Source of the DNA: Candidatus Fermentibacterota bacterium | GTDB lineage: Bacteria; JAFGKV01 | Length of the DNA stretch: 33,571 nucleotides | Reading direction: 5' to 3' | Assembly: GCA_016928395.1 (NCBI GenBank) | Contig: JAFGKV010000067.1 | Span: forward strand, 1 to 33,571 | In this document: in pieces, positions 18,272 to 26,858 of the stretch | Position numbering within the stretch: the stretch's first letter is position 1 | How the letters are laid out: each line of letters begins with the position of its first letter | Notes under the pieces: generated by a model | What the model saw: only the letters and a program-made list of their open reading frames with translations | The model's database searches: none | Told to the model about the DNA's origin: nothing | Position numbers and translations under genes: made by a program

Positions 18272-19294
18272 TCACTGCACACCCAGTGTAGTCGCCTTTT
18301 CGTAGGCCGCTTTGGCGCCATCGGTATCACCGAGGTTCAGGAGACAGATCGCCAGATTCTGCCAGGCCTGGCCGTTTTCGGGATCGAGTTCAGTAACTTT
18401 CTGGAAGGCGTTGCGGGCCATGTCCCATCGTTTCAGATTCAGGGCCATGACGCCCATGTTGTACTGAGCTTCCTTGTCGTCTGGCACCATCTGCACGACG
18501 TGCACAAATGCATCCTCGGCCTCTTCGATCATCCCCAGTTTGGAGTAAATCACGCCGAGGTTGAACCACGCATCCACGTTCTCCGGATCGATGGCCAATA
18601 TCTGCCGATAGATATCGAGGGCCTCCTGCTCTCGGCCCATGGCGTCGAGGAGACCTGCCTTGAAGCTTAGGAGCTCAACGTCGGCCTGCTTGACAGTGAG
18701 GATGGAATCGGTGTGCGCCAGGGCCTCGGCATAGGCGCTGTCCTGCATGGCGAGCTTGGCAAACACATCGTGCGCCTGGACCCAATTCTCATCGCCCCGC
18801 TGCGAGAGCTCCAAGACCGCTTTCCACTCCTGCTCCGACTCGTCCTCGTCACCGGCCCGGAGAAGGGCAATGGCTCGATTCTTGTGAGCATCGATGAAAC
18901 CAGGCTCGATCTGAGTGGCGATCGCATACTCCTCGGCGGCCTCAGCGAACTTCTCATTCTGGAAAAGCGCGTTTCCCCGCTTCACATGTTCGCCGGCGAA
19001 CCCATGCTGTGCGAGCTTGATCTGCTCGAGCTTCTTGGGAGCGTCCACCGCGTCTCGTGCCCTTTCGAAGCTCTCGCCGGCCTTGCCAAACTCACGCAGC
19101 TCGTAGTAGGCCTGGGCCAGGTAGCCATAGGCCTCACCATTCTGGGGATTATGCTGGGTCTCAAGCTCGAACTGCTCTTGAGCCTTCTCCCAGTTGGACT
19201 GCTGCATGTAGACCTTTCCGCTTGTCATATACCTGGACTGACAGGCGACCAAAGCGACGAGTGCGAAGAGCACAAACATGCGCGATAGCTTCAT
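18272..19294 (-). CDS. TPR repeat lipoprotein
   Basis: MKLSRMFVLFALVALVA-C lipobox; multiple TPRs (DPENVDAWFNLG, PDDKEAQYNMG, DPENGQAWQNLA); GGAGG 6 nt before ATG 19294. Confidence 0.9.
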   Translation of the reverse strand: MKLSRMFVLFALVALVACQSRYMTSGKVYMQQSNWEKAQEQFELETQHNPQNGEAYGYLAQAYYELREFGKAGESFERARDAVDAPKKLEQIKLAQHGFAGEHVKRGNALFQNEKFAEAAEEYAIATQIEPGFIDAHKNRAIALLRAGDEDESEQEWKAVLELSQRGDENWVQAHDVFAKLAMQDSAYAEALAHTDSILTVKQADVELLSFKAGLLDAMGREQEALDIYRQILAIDPENVDAWFNLGVIYSKLGMIEEAEDAFVHVVQMVPDDKEAQYNMGVMALNLKRWDMARNAFQKVTELDPENGQAWQNLAICLLNLGDTDGAKAAYEKATTLGVQ

Positions 19295-19355
19295 CAACGG
19301 CCTCCACTACGGTTAGGGAATCACGACTCTCTCCATCACGTGAACAAGACTGGGC

Positions 19356-19383
19356 AGTTTGAGCCTCGCCGAAGCACTGTCAA
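19356..19383 (-). promoter_or_regulatory. Possible sigma70 promoter for the TPR lipoprotein
   Basis: Minus strand TTGACA, 16-nt spacer, CAAACT. Confidence 0.35.
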
Positions 19384-19401
19384 GCGAAATCTTCGACGAG
19401 G

Positions 19402-19836
19402 CTACCATCGCAGCGAGATGCCAATGTCCATGGCGGGCGAGACCTGGGCATCATCCACCAGGCCCGTGCCGATGCCGTCCATCTCCTGCATCTCCCGGTC
19501 AAAGGAGCGCAGGTATCCATCCACATAGGCGTCACCCAGGTTGTACACCCAGAACAAAACGGTCCACCGGTTCAATTCGCGACGCTGCCCCGAACTCAGA
19601 TCCGAAGCGCGGATATGCCCATAGGCCAATGATGCGGAAAGGGCCAGAAACACCACACCTTTGACAGTTGATCCGGCAGTGACCTGGCCCCAGCCGGGGA
19701 GAACGGCGGAACGGAGAAGGGCGCGACCTCCGTCCCTTGACGGTGTGGCATAGGCGTTCTGGAGCATCCCGGCGCACAGCAGCACGAGCACCACATCCGT
19801 GACGGCGCGAGGGCTCATTGACAGCGTGTGTTCCAT
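19402..19836 (-). CDS. DUF5683-like membrane protein
   Basis: ALLRSAVLPGWGQ...KGVVFL...WVYNLGDAYVDGYLRSFD. Start uncertain. Confidence 0.75.
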   Translation of the reverse strand: MEHTLSMSPRAVTDVVLVLLCAGMLQNAYATPSRDGGRALLRSAVLPGWGQVTAGSTVKGVVFLALSASLAYGHIRASDLSSGQRRELNRWTVLFWVYNLGDAYVDGYLRSFDREMQEMDGIGTGLVDDAQVSPAMDIGISLRW

Positions 19837-19994
19837 CCCTGAAAGACGCTCAGAAATCAAGAAGAGAAGAGCGAGACGCGCCGGACCCACAGAGCGAAGA
19901 CGGCGGAAACTCGCCGCTTCTCATATCCGACGAGCGCCATCGGACCTCGCGAGGTATCGACCGCCGAATGCGGAGGTAGTCCCGGGACGAAACA

Positions 19995-20375
19995 CTAGTA
20001 CCGCGTGGCAATGAACTCGATCTCAACCCGGGCACCGGCAGGGAGCCGCACAACTTGCACCGTTGACCGCGCGGGCCGGCACTCCCCCATGACCGCGGCA
20101 TAAGCGGCATTGAACTCTTGGAACTCGTCCATGTCTAGCAGAAAGACCGTGGCCTTCACGACCCGATCCAGCCCAGTATCCGCGGCTTCCAGCACTCGCG
20201 CCAGATTCGCACATGCCTGCTTCGTCTCGGCGGTAATTCCGCCCTCTGCGAGGTGGCCGGTCGAGGGGTCAATGCCCACCTGGCCGGCCGTGAAGACCAG
20301 CTCTCCCGCGGCGATGGCCTGGCTGTAGGGGCCCAGGGCGGGAGGAGCACCATCGGCGCGTACACGACGGTTCAT
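19995..20375 (-). CDS. ridA: RidA/YjgF family enamine/imine deaminase
   Basis: APPALGPYSQAI, VFTAGQVG, VVKATVFLLDMDEF..FNAAY and PARSTVQVVRLPAGARVEIE. Confidence 0.93.
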   Translation of the reverse strand: MNRRVRADGAPPALGPYSQAIAAGELVFTAGQVGIDPSTGHLAEGGITAETKQACANLARVLEAADTGLDRVVKATVFLLDMDEFQEFNAAYAAVMGECRPARSTVQVVRLPAGARVEIEFIATRY

Positions 20376-20412
20376 TCGCGGATCTCGAAGGCAGCAGATC
20401 GTCCGATCCCTG

Positions 20413-20694
20413 TCATAGCGCATACCCCCGTCGCTGGGCCAGGTCGTCGCGCGTCTGCCGCAACTTGATGTCCCATTCTTCGCTGCCCTCTTCCGGCGGC
20501 CGGCTGAGGGAACGAAGAATCCTGCGCGCCTCTCGATCGATCTCATCCTCTGTCTTCAGGTCATCGATGATCCACGCCGCCACGCGTTGCTTGAGGAGGT
20601 TCTCGTTGTCAGGAGCGACTACCGCCTCCGCTTCGACAAGTTTCTGCACGATGTGGGCGGCCAGTACGTGCACCCGTTCCTCACTTAGTCTCAC
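20413..20694 (-). CDS. DUF507 family protein
   Basis: MRLSEERVHVLA...EDEIDREARRIL...LAQRRGYAL; GGAGG RBS. Confidence 0.8.
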   Translation of the reverse strand: MRLSEERVHVLAAHIVQKLVEAEAVVAPDNENLLKQRVAAWIIDDLKTEDEIDREARRILRSLSRPPEEGSEEWDIKLRQTRDDLAQRRGYAL

Positions 20695-20726
20695 CGCTCA
20701 CCTCCAAGCCCGACGCGGTACTAGCA

Positions 20727-21008
20727 TCACAATACAAAACCCCTGCGCTTCGCCAGCTCAGCCTTCACCTTGACGAAGGCGGTTCGCTGGTCCACGCCCT
20801 CCCGAATCATTACCGCGGAGTGTTTCAGGAGCAGATCCCGGACCTCTGCGTCGATGGCGGCCTCCTCTTCGAGGTTGTGGTTGATCGCTCTCGCGACTAT
20901 CGACTCGATCTCATCCGGAGAAACACGGATCTCAGCGGCTCTCTCATTCACCAAATTCGTCGCGACCAGTTGTGCCAGCCGTTCCACCCGGTGTCTTGAA
21001 AGCCTCAT
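20727..21008 (-). CDS. DUF507 family protein (tandem paralogue)
   Basis: MRLSRHRVERLA...EEAAIDAEVRDLL...VKAELAKRRGFVL; GGAGG RBS. Confidence 0.82.
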   Translation of the reverse strand: MRLSRHRVERLAQLVATNLVNERAAEIRVSPDEIESIVARAINHNLEEEAAIDAEVRDLLLKHSAVMIREGVDQRTAFVKVKAELAKRRGFVL

Positions 21009-21079
21009 CACACACCCTCCAATCACATCTCATCATCCCGATCACCATACCGACGAATGCCCATTCTCATGCAGAACCC

Positions 21080-21298
21080 TCATGGCTCCTCGGGAGGCGA
21101 ACCGGTGCGATAGCGTTCGCTCTTGATCGACCTGATGGCATCCAGAAGCTCTTCAGGTTTGATGATCTTCTTCTTCACAAGCAGAGAGACTAGCGCCTCA
21201 AGACTCATCGTATTGCTCAGGCAAAGCTCGTCGAAGCTTACCTTCTTCTGAACACCGTCTTTGACGATGATCACTCCCTTGAACCCGTCGTGATCCAA
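21080..21298 (-). CDS. Small conserved-looking hypothetical protein (72 aa)
   Basis: GGGAGG RBS plus TTG; VSFDELCLSNTMSLEALVSLLVKKKIIKPEELLDAIRSIK; lies just downstream of a strong promoter. Confidence 0.75.
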   Translation of the reverse strand: MDHDGFKGVIIVKDGVQKKVSFDELCLSNTMSLEALVSLLVKKKIIKPEELLDAIRSIKSERYRTGSPPEEP

Positions 21299-21350
21299 CG
21301 TATCCTCCCGCTCCGATCCGGCTTGTGCTGTTCTCGTTCGGCAGCATGCG

Positions 21351-21379
21351 ATCTTACCGCATGACAAGCGGAATGTCAA
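21351..21379 (-). promoter_or_regulatory. Sigma70 promoter for the 72aa-DUF507-DUF507-ridA operon
   Basis: Minus strand TTGACA, 17-nt spacer, TAAGAT (near consensus). Confidence 0.7.
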
Positions 21380-21474
21380 TCGCCCCACGCGGCTTGACAT
21401 CGGGGTTCATCACGCATTCACTCATTCATCGACGTCACTGTTTTGACTTCTGGACTACCGCCACTGGTGTAGCC

Positions 21475-22662
21475 ATGCCGCAACGTGCACCCATGCCCAG
21501 ACCTGCGGAGCGACGGCGCATCATCCGTCTCCATGAATCCTGCCACGGCACCGCGCCCTCCTGCCTGGCCTCGGCACCGGGCCGTCTGGTGCTCTTGGGC
21601 TCCGGCGCCTATACCGATGATGGGATATCGCTGGCATGCGCCGTGGGGCGGCATGTCTGGGTCGCGGCGTCGCGCCGTGCAGACCGCCGTTTGGTGGTGC
21701 ATTCCGAATGGGCCCGGCAGACCTTACGCTTTGCGCCGCGTCCACCCGTTCCTACCGGCCACGGGTTTTGGGGTGACTATGTGTTGGGGATGTGGTCCGC
21801 CCTGGCAGCAGGGCGCATCAAGGAGAGAGGTGTTACGCTCACGATCGCGGGTGATCTGCCGCCCGGTATCGGCCTGGGGAGTTCGGCCGCACTGGAAGTG
21901 GCCGTCGGCCTCGCACTCCGTGATCTCTGGGACCTTCCCCTGGAGAACAAGGATCTTGCCCTGGTCGCCCACCGCGTAGAAGGCCAATTCGTGGGGGTTC
22001 GCGCCGGGCTTGTCGACCAGATGACCGCGCTGTTCGCTCGGCCATCTCGGATCCTTGTTCTCGATTCCAACACGCTTGAACTCGACTACGTCGATATGCC
22101 GGCCGACGTGACATGCGTCGTCTGTGATTCCGGCATTCACCGGATGCTGGCACTGGCCCCTTTGAATGCCAGGATGCTGGAGCTGGAGGAAGCGCTACGC
22201 TTCTTCCGCAATCGCTATTCGGGCTTGACCGGTTTCCGACAAGTGAGTGCCGAAATGCTGGTCGTCGCCGCTCAGGAGTTGCCGGCTCCGGTCTTGGCGC
22301 GGGCACGCCATGTGGTTACAGAAAATGACCGTGCCCGTCGCGCAGTCATCGCGCTGCGCTGGGGTGACGTGGAACAGCTCGGCGGCCTCACAACTGCTTC
22401 GCATCGTTCCGCGCGCTGTTCATTCGAGGCATCTTCGCCCGAGTTGGACGAGATTATCCAGCTCGGTCGGGGCGTTGCCGGTGTACTCGGTGCCCATGTC
22501 GCGGGTCCAGGTTTCGGAGGATGCACGGTGCATCTCGTGCAAAAAGCCAGTGCCCCTGCCTTGGTCAAGCGGCTTCGAAGAGGGTACAAGACCCCCGCCA
22601 TGAGGACACCCGCAGTCTATACATTTCCCCCTGCGGGGTGTGCTACCAGTATCTGTTCTTGA
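21475..22662 (+). CDS. GHMP kinase, galactokinase-like with divergent sugar-binding motif
   Basis: SAPGR, WGDYVLG, PPGIGLGSSAALEVA, GLVDQ, RARHVVTENDR, SHRS and GPGFGGC. The GEHTDY signature is replaced by GSGAY. Start could be 21475 or 21493. Confidence 0.85.
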   Translation: MPQRAPMPRPAERRRIIRLHESCHGTAPSCLASAPGRLVLLGSGAYTDDGISLACAVGRHVWVAASRRADRRLVVHSEWARQTLRFAPRPPVPTGHGFWGDYVLGMWSALAAGRIKERGVTLTIAGDLPPGIGLGSSAALEVAVGLALRDLWDLPLENKDLALVAHRVEGQFVGVRAGLVDQMTALFARPSRILVLDSNTLELDYVDMPADVTCVVCDSGIHRMLALAPLNARMLELEEALRFFRNRYSGLTGFRQVSAEMLVVAAQELPAPVLARARHVVTENDRARRAVIALRWGDVEQLGGLTTASHRSARCSFEASSPELDEIIQLGRGVAGVLGAHVAGPGFGGCTVHLVQKASAPALVKRLRRGYKTPAMRTPAVYTFPPAGCATSICS

Positions 22663-22827
22663 GCGAAAGACCCAGTCTCGCGGGGTGTCGTCAGTCGTAT
22701 CGCGCAGCCCTTGGTGCTTCCCGGAATCGTTCCGCCGTATCGAAATGCGGAACTTCTGCAAGACGATCCTACCGGTGGACGGTGGTGAGTACCAGCGCGG
22801 CGGCGAGACCGGACCCTGAGCCCTCTG

Positions 22828-24621
22828 TCACCGCGATGGCGAGCCGGCCCAGCGCTCCATTTCCCGCTCCATCTCACGGCGTTGCGGCAGATGAGGATCC
22901 ATCTGCAGCGCGTGGCGCCAGAGAGCGGCGGCCTGGTCGCGGTCCCGAAGCTCATAGGCCAGAAGGCTGCCCATATCGCGGAGAATCCGGGCATCAGTTG
23001 GCCTGACCTCCGCCAGGCGCTGGTAGGCCGCCAGGCTCTCCGTGTGCTTGCCTTGCCGCCGCAAACACACAGCAAGCGCCTCCAGCGAGGTTGGGTCGGC
23101 CGGCATGATCTCCAGAACTGCGGTGTGCAGCAACTCGGCCTCCTCGTCATCCTCGAGCATGAGTCGGATCATGGCCAGATTCTGGAGTGCCGGCAGGTAC
23201 GCGGGATGGACAGCCAAGAGGGATCTGAACACGCTATCGGCGCCGGCAAGGTTGCGGCTGGCAGCCAGACTTGTGCCGACCCCCATCCGTGCCCACAGAT
23301 TTCCTGGATCGCGGATCATCACCTGTTCGAAAACGGCTCGCGCGTCGTCCCACCGCTTCTGCTGCATCAGATGATTGCCCCGCTCCACTGCCTCCAGCAG
23401 TTCCTCCCGAGGCGTGATCGAGGCCCCTGGATCCGGGAAGTACCCCAAGGCTGCCAGAGCCTGCCGGTCATGAGAATCGAGAGGAGAGATGTGACCCACG
23501 GCAGGAATGGGAGGGAGAAAAGGGCGAAGCGCAGCGACGGTGTCAGGAAAGTCACGGCTGACGTCGATCAGCTCATCGGGATCCGTGCGGGTCCGGTAGA
23601 GTTCGATGCGTTCGCCCTGAATCAGCTTCCACCCCTCGTGCTCGACGCTCCGCAGTGGCGGCCATCCATAGCGCACCAATGGGTGGATAGTCTCTGCCTG
23701 AATGGGCCGGGACGTATGGGGAATCCGAAGATCCCGCCCGGAGGATGGTGGTGGTGTGACTCCGGCGGCTGATAGAATCGTGGGGAAGAGATCAGGAAGA
23801 GAGACCGTATCCGTCCGGAGTGCGCCCTGGCTCCAGCCGTGCCCCGTGGCGATGAGCGGAACCCGGAGGGTCGATCCGTAGAGGCAGTCTCCGTGGGTGT
23901 CCTCACCATGGTCTCCCAACCCCTCGCCATGGTCACCGGCCGCGATGATCATCCATCGGCCTTTCGGCAACCCCCTCAGAAGCCTCCCCAGTTCCTGATC
24001 GACGCGGGCGATCTCCACATCGTATCCCGTGAGCTGACCACGAGGCCTCCCATAGGGAGCGTGGGGATCGAAATAGTGAACCCACAGGAACGCGGGATCT
24101 GACCTCGAGCGGAGGTCCAGGGCAGCCAATGCTCGTGAGGTTACCTCAAACGCCGGACGCTCGGGGTATTCAAAGTCACTGGCTGTTGGCTGAACCGTGT
24201 CGTCGTAGACCCGGAAACCACGGGATAGTCCATACTGCGCCGCCAACGGGTGAGCTCCGATGATTGCGGCGCACCAGTACCCGGCTCCGGCCAGTAGTTC
24301 CGCCACGACTGGCAGTGTTTCGTCCAAGCGGTACAAGCCATTGTCGCGCACCTGATGCTCCCAAGGATAGGCGCCGGTCATCATCGATGCGTGGGCCGGC
24401 AGGGTCAGGGGCACGGGCGTGAACGCCGAGGCGAAGCGGACGCCGGCAGCCGCGAGTGAATCCAGAACGGGTGTATGCGCCACACCGCGGCCGTAGCACC
24501 CAAGGTGATCTGCCCTGGTGGTATCCAGGGTCACCAGAAGTATGTGGGGGCGCCCCCCACAGCCCAGTACGCTCGCTACGACAAGGATGACGACTCGGAA
24601 GCGCCGGGACATGATGCTCAC
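22828..24621 (-). CDS. Sulfatase/alkaline-phosphatase-superfamily hydrolase with C-terminal TPRs (probable lipoprotein)
   Basis: VLG-C lipobox-like; LLVTLDTTRADHLGCYG, PLTLPAHASMMTG, WVHYFDPHAPY, GDHGEGLGDHGEDTHG and LAALGY, followed by TPRs. Start GTG 24621 or ATG 24612. Confidence 0.9.
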   Translation of the reverse strand: MSIMSRRFRVVILVVASVLGCGGRPHILLVTLDTTRADHLGCYGRGVAHTPVLDSLAAAGVRFASAFTPVPLTLPAHASMMTGAYPWEHQVRDNGLYRLDETLPVVAELLAGAGYWCAAIIGAHPLAAQYGLSRGFRVYDDTVQPTASDFEYPERPAFEVTSRALAALDLRSRSDPAFLWVHYFDPHAPYGRPRGQLTGYDVEIARVDQELGRLLRGLPKGRWMIIAAGDHGEGLGDHGEDTHGDCLYGSTLRVPLIATGHGWSQGALRTDTVSLPDLFPTILSAAGVTPPPSSGRDLRIPHTSRPIQAETIHPLVRYGWPPLRSVEHEGWKLIQGERIELYRTRTDPDELIDVSRDFPDTVAALRPFLPPIPAVGHISPLDSHDRQALAALGYFPDPGASITPREELLEAVERGNHLMQQKRWDDARAVFEQVMIRDPGNLWARMGVGTSLAASRNLAGADSVFRSLLAVHPAYLPALQNLAMIRLMLEDDEEAELLHTAVLEIMPADPTSLEALAVCLRRQGKHTESLAAYQRLAEVRPTDARILRDMGSLLAYELRDRDQAAALWRHALQMDPHLPQRREMEREMERWAGSPSR

Positions 24622-24629
24622 AAAACCCG

Positions 24630-25820
24630 CTACTTCTCCTTCCGACGGCTGTCTGCCGCATCGCTCTCGGCGCGGGCATTCGCCTGTTCGCGACGTTCGC
24701 TTGTCTCAGCCTTCTCGCGGTAGAAAGGGCGGGTCTGAATGGAACGTTCCTGTTCGGACGAAGGCGGTTTGTCGCGGGTCGGCTCGGGCGAAGATGGCTT
24801 GTCGCGGGGCGGCTCTGAACCCCGGGGCGTCGCCGGATCAGAACGGCGGGGTTCTATGGCCCGTTCCTTCGCGGGTGGATTCCTCACCCTGATCTCAGGC
24901 GCGGCCGGCCGGTCCGGGGGCGTGACTTCCTTCCAGCGCGGCGCAGGATCGTGAGGCTGACGGTCGCCACCGTCCTTACCATCCCTGGGCTGCACGTCGG
25001 TGGGATAGTCCCACTTCCGCTTCGAGCGACCCTCCCAGTACTCCCTCCCGGGCGCATTCTTGCGCTTCACGGTTGGGTAATCGCGGTTGGTCTTGCGCTT
25101 ATACCAATAGTAAGGCCGCCGGCCCCACGGGTTGTAAGGCGGGCGGTAGTAGTATGAATCATAACGGCTGTAGATGACGATCTCAAATGCGGGACAGATG
25201 GAGTAGTACGGGTCCCAATGCCGGGGGCTGTGGCAGTCATAGCACATGTAGCGAGGATACGGAACACGGCGTTCCACGTAGAAGCTCGTTCGATCGCTTA
25301 CGTAGTAGGGAGTCCCTCCATACGTCGGGGCAATCAACTGATTAATGCGTTCGATACCGATCTGAGGATCGGTCACAATGGTCTCCAGAACACCGCCTCC
25401 GGCTAGCTGCTCGGTGTACTCGTCCCACACAAACGGCTCCGTGCTGGCGACCACCACGACATACTCGATGCCGGTAGGTCCCGCGATGCTCATGTCCCAC
25501 TGTGCTTCCGCCGGTGGCAGAGTATGGGTGGCACGGCCCGAAACCCACCCGCCACGGTAGGGATCGGTGGGAAACAAGAGCTTCACGCGGCCTTCAGTGT
25601 CGACATCGTACACGACAAGGTAAGCGTCGCGGCTGACCTTGAAGTAGAGCTTGATCGTCTCGCCGGGATAGTAGACCGCCCGCTCGCCGCGGTCTGTCCA
25701 CACACCAACCTCCAAAGAAGGCAGCACAGGTTCCACAATGATCTCCCGGGCACCCTCGAAGTCAACTGCAAAGGCCGTACCGGCCATCACCAGCAAGAAC
25801 CCCAGAGTAACCGTGCGCAT
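24630..25820 (-). CDS. Secreted DUF4384-domain protein with CYDCH motif and low-complexity tail
   Basis: Signal peptide (AFA); VWTDRG..VYYPGETIKLYFKVSRDAYLVVYDVDTEGRVKLLFP...GPTGIEYVVVVAS; Tyr-rich segment then a Pro/Arg/Glu-rich tail. Confidence 0.85.
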   Translation of the reverse strand: MRTVTLGFLLVMAGTAFAVDFEGAREIIVEPVLPSLEVGVWTDRGERAVYYPGETIKLYFKVSRDAYLVVYDVDTEGRVKLLFPTDPYRGGWVSGRATHTLPPAEAQWDMSIAGPTGIEYVVVVASTEPFVWDEYTEQLAGGGVLETIVTDPQIGIERINQLIAPTYGGTPYYVSDRTSFYVERRVPYPRYMCYDCHSPRHWDPYYSICPAFEIVIYSRYDSYYYRPPYNPWGRRPYYWYKRKTNRDYPTVKRKNAPGREYWEGRSKRKWDYPTDVQPRDGKDGGDRQPHDPAPRWKEVTPPDRPAAPEIRVRNPPAKERAIEPRRSDPATPRGSEPPRDKPSSPEPTRDKPPSSEQERSIQTRPFYREKAETSERREQANARAESDAADSRRKEK

Positions 25821-25825
25821 GGCTT

Positions 25826-26704
25826 CTAGCTCCTCTCTCTATATGATGCGTCACCACGGAGAGGCTTCGTCACCAGGAACGCCGGGGCATCGCCTCCCAC
25901 CTGGGGCGCAAGTTCCGGGTTGCCTTCAGCTGTCTGATACGCCCAATCCAGGGTCACGTTGTCAGACCCGACACGGGTCACTAAAATCTTGGCAAACCGA
26001 TTATCCCACGTCCACACCAGATAGGCGTGAGACTGGGAGACCATCATGCTTCCGCCCGGAACCCATCCATGTTCAGGGGCGATATCGATCTCATCCAGGC
26101 TCTGCACATAGCCCCAGGGAAGCACGTCGGTGTCCATGGCCGCGGCCGAGAGAAACAGCGACGAACCGCTACGCTCGAGATAGATGTCGGCGCCATTGTC
26201 ATCCCAGGGGACGATCATGGCGCTATTCCCAGAACGGTACCGGGAGAAGTCGATGCCGGCTTCATCAGGATAGACGGAGACTTCCCACACCCGCAGCCCG
26301 TATCCCGACGGACGGGGAGTGTCAAACACGGTTTCGTAGCTCAGATCGCTGGAGTTGCCGCATCGATCGAAAGCGTCCACGGCGAAATAGTATGTCCGTC
26401 CATTGCTGAGACTTCCCACGTAGTACGATGTGGCCGTTGTCGTGGCTATGCGGGTATAGTATCCTCCGGCGGTGTCATTCCAGTAGACGCCGTAGCCGGC
26501 AGTGTCGTAGTCTGGCGAAGGTTCCCACGAGAGCCGCACGCTCCCGTCGCCGGTTACGCTCTGCACACCTCGCGGCACGCCGGGAGCCGTATGATCGTAG
26601 CGACAGTCATTCTCCGGCTGAGGCCAATCAGGGCCATAGTTGTGAACTTCACAGGCAACCGCCAACAGAATCATCATCAACGCTGAAAGGGCTCTTGCGG
26701 TCAT
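25826..26704 (-). CDS. Fibronectin type III domain lipoprotein
   Basis: AAGGAGG RBS; LAVA-C lipobox; PGVPRGVQSVTGDGSVRLSW...AGYGVY...LSNGRTYYFAVDAFDRCGNSS. Confidence 0.88.
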   Translation of the reverse strand: MTARALSALMMILLAVACEVHNYGPDWPQPENDCRYDHTAPGVPRGVQSVTGDGSVRLSWEPSPDYDTAGYGVYWNDTAGGYYTRIATTTATSYYVGSLSNGRTYYFAVDAFDRCGNSSDLSYETVFDTPRPSGYGLRVWEVSVYPDEAGIDFSRYRSGNSAMIVPWDDNGADIYLERSGSSLFLSAAAMDTDVLPWGYVQSLDEIDIAPEHGWVPGGSMMVSQSHAYLVWTWDNRFAKILVTRVGSDNVTLDWAYQTAEGNPELAPQVGGDAPAFLVTKPLRGDASYRERS

Positions 26705-26750
26705 GGGCGTTCCTCCTTCAACTGTGTGGCAAACCCGGCTGCCATGGGAG

Positions 26751-26768
26751 AGCAAGAACCACGCCCAA
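26751..26768 (-). promoter_or_regulatory. Putative sigma54 (-24/-12) promoter
   Basis: Minus strand TTG-GG-CGTGGTTCTT-GC-T gives exact GG-N10-GC spacing with TTGC at -12, about 47 nt upstream of the FN3 lipoprotein ATG. Confidence 0.6.
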
Positions 26769-26858
26769 GTTGAATGACTTTTCGTGCAAGGTGTTCATGC
26801 ACTCGGCGCACTCCGATGCGTCCTCCAGTGGGCGACAACCTGTACTCATCCGGGGACA

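Noticed and set aside
16037..23772. Long antisense ORFs such as 16037..17014, 16948..17970 and 22882..23772 (+)
   Set aside because: They lie opposite well-supported genes, lack motifs, and are expected in high-GC DNA.
26712..26746. Second sigma54-like motif TGGCAGCCGGGTTTGC
   Set aside because: GG-to-GC spacing is 11 nt rather than the strict 10.
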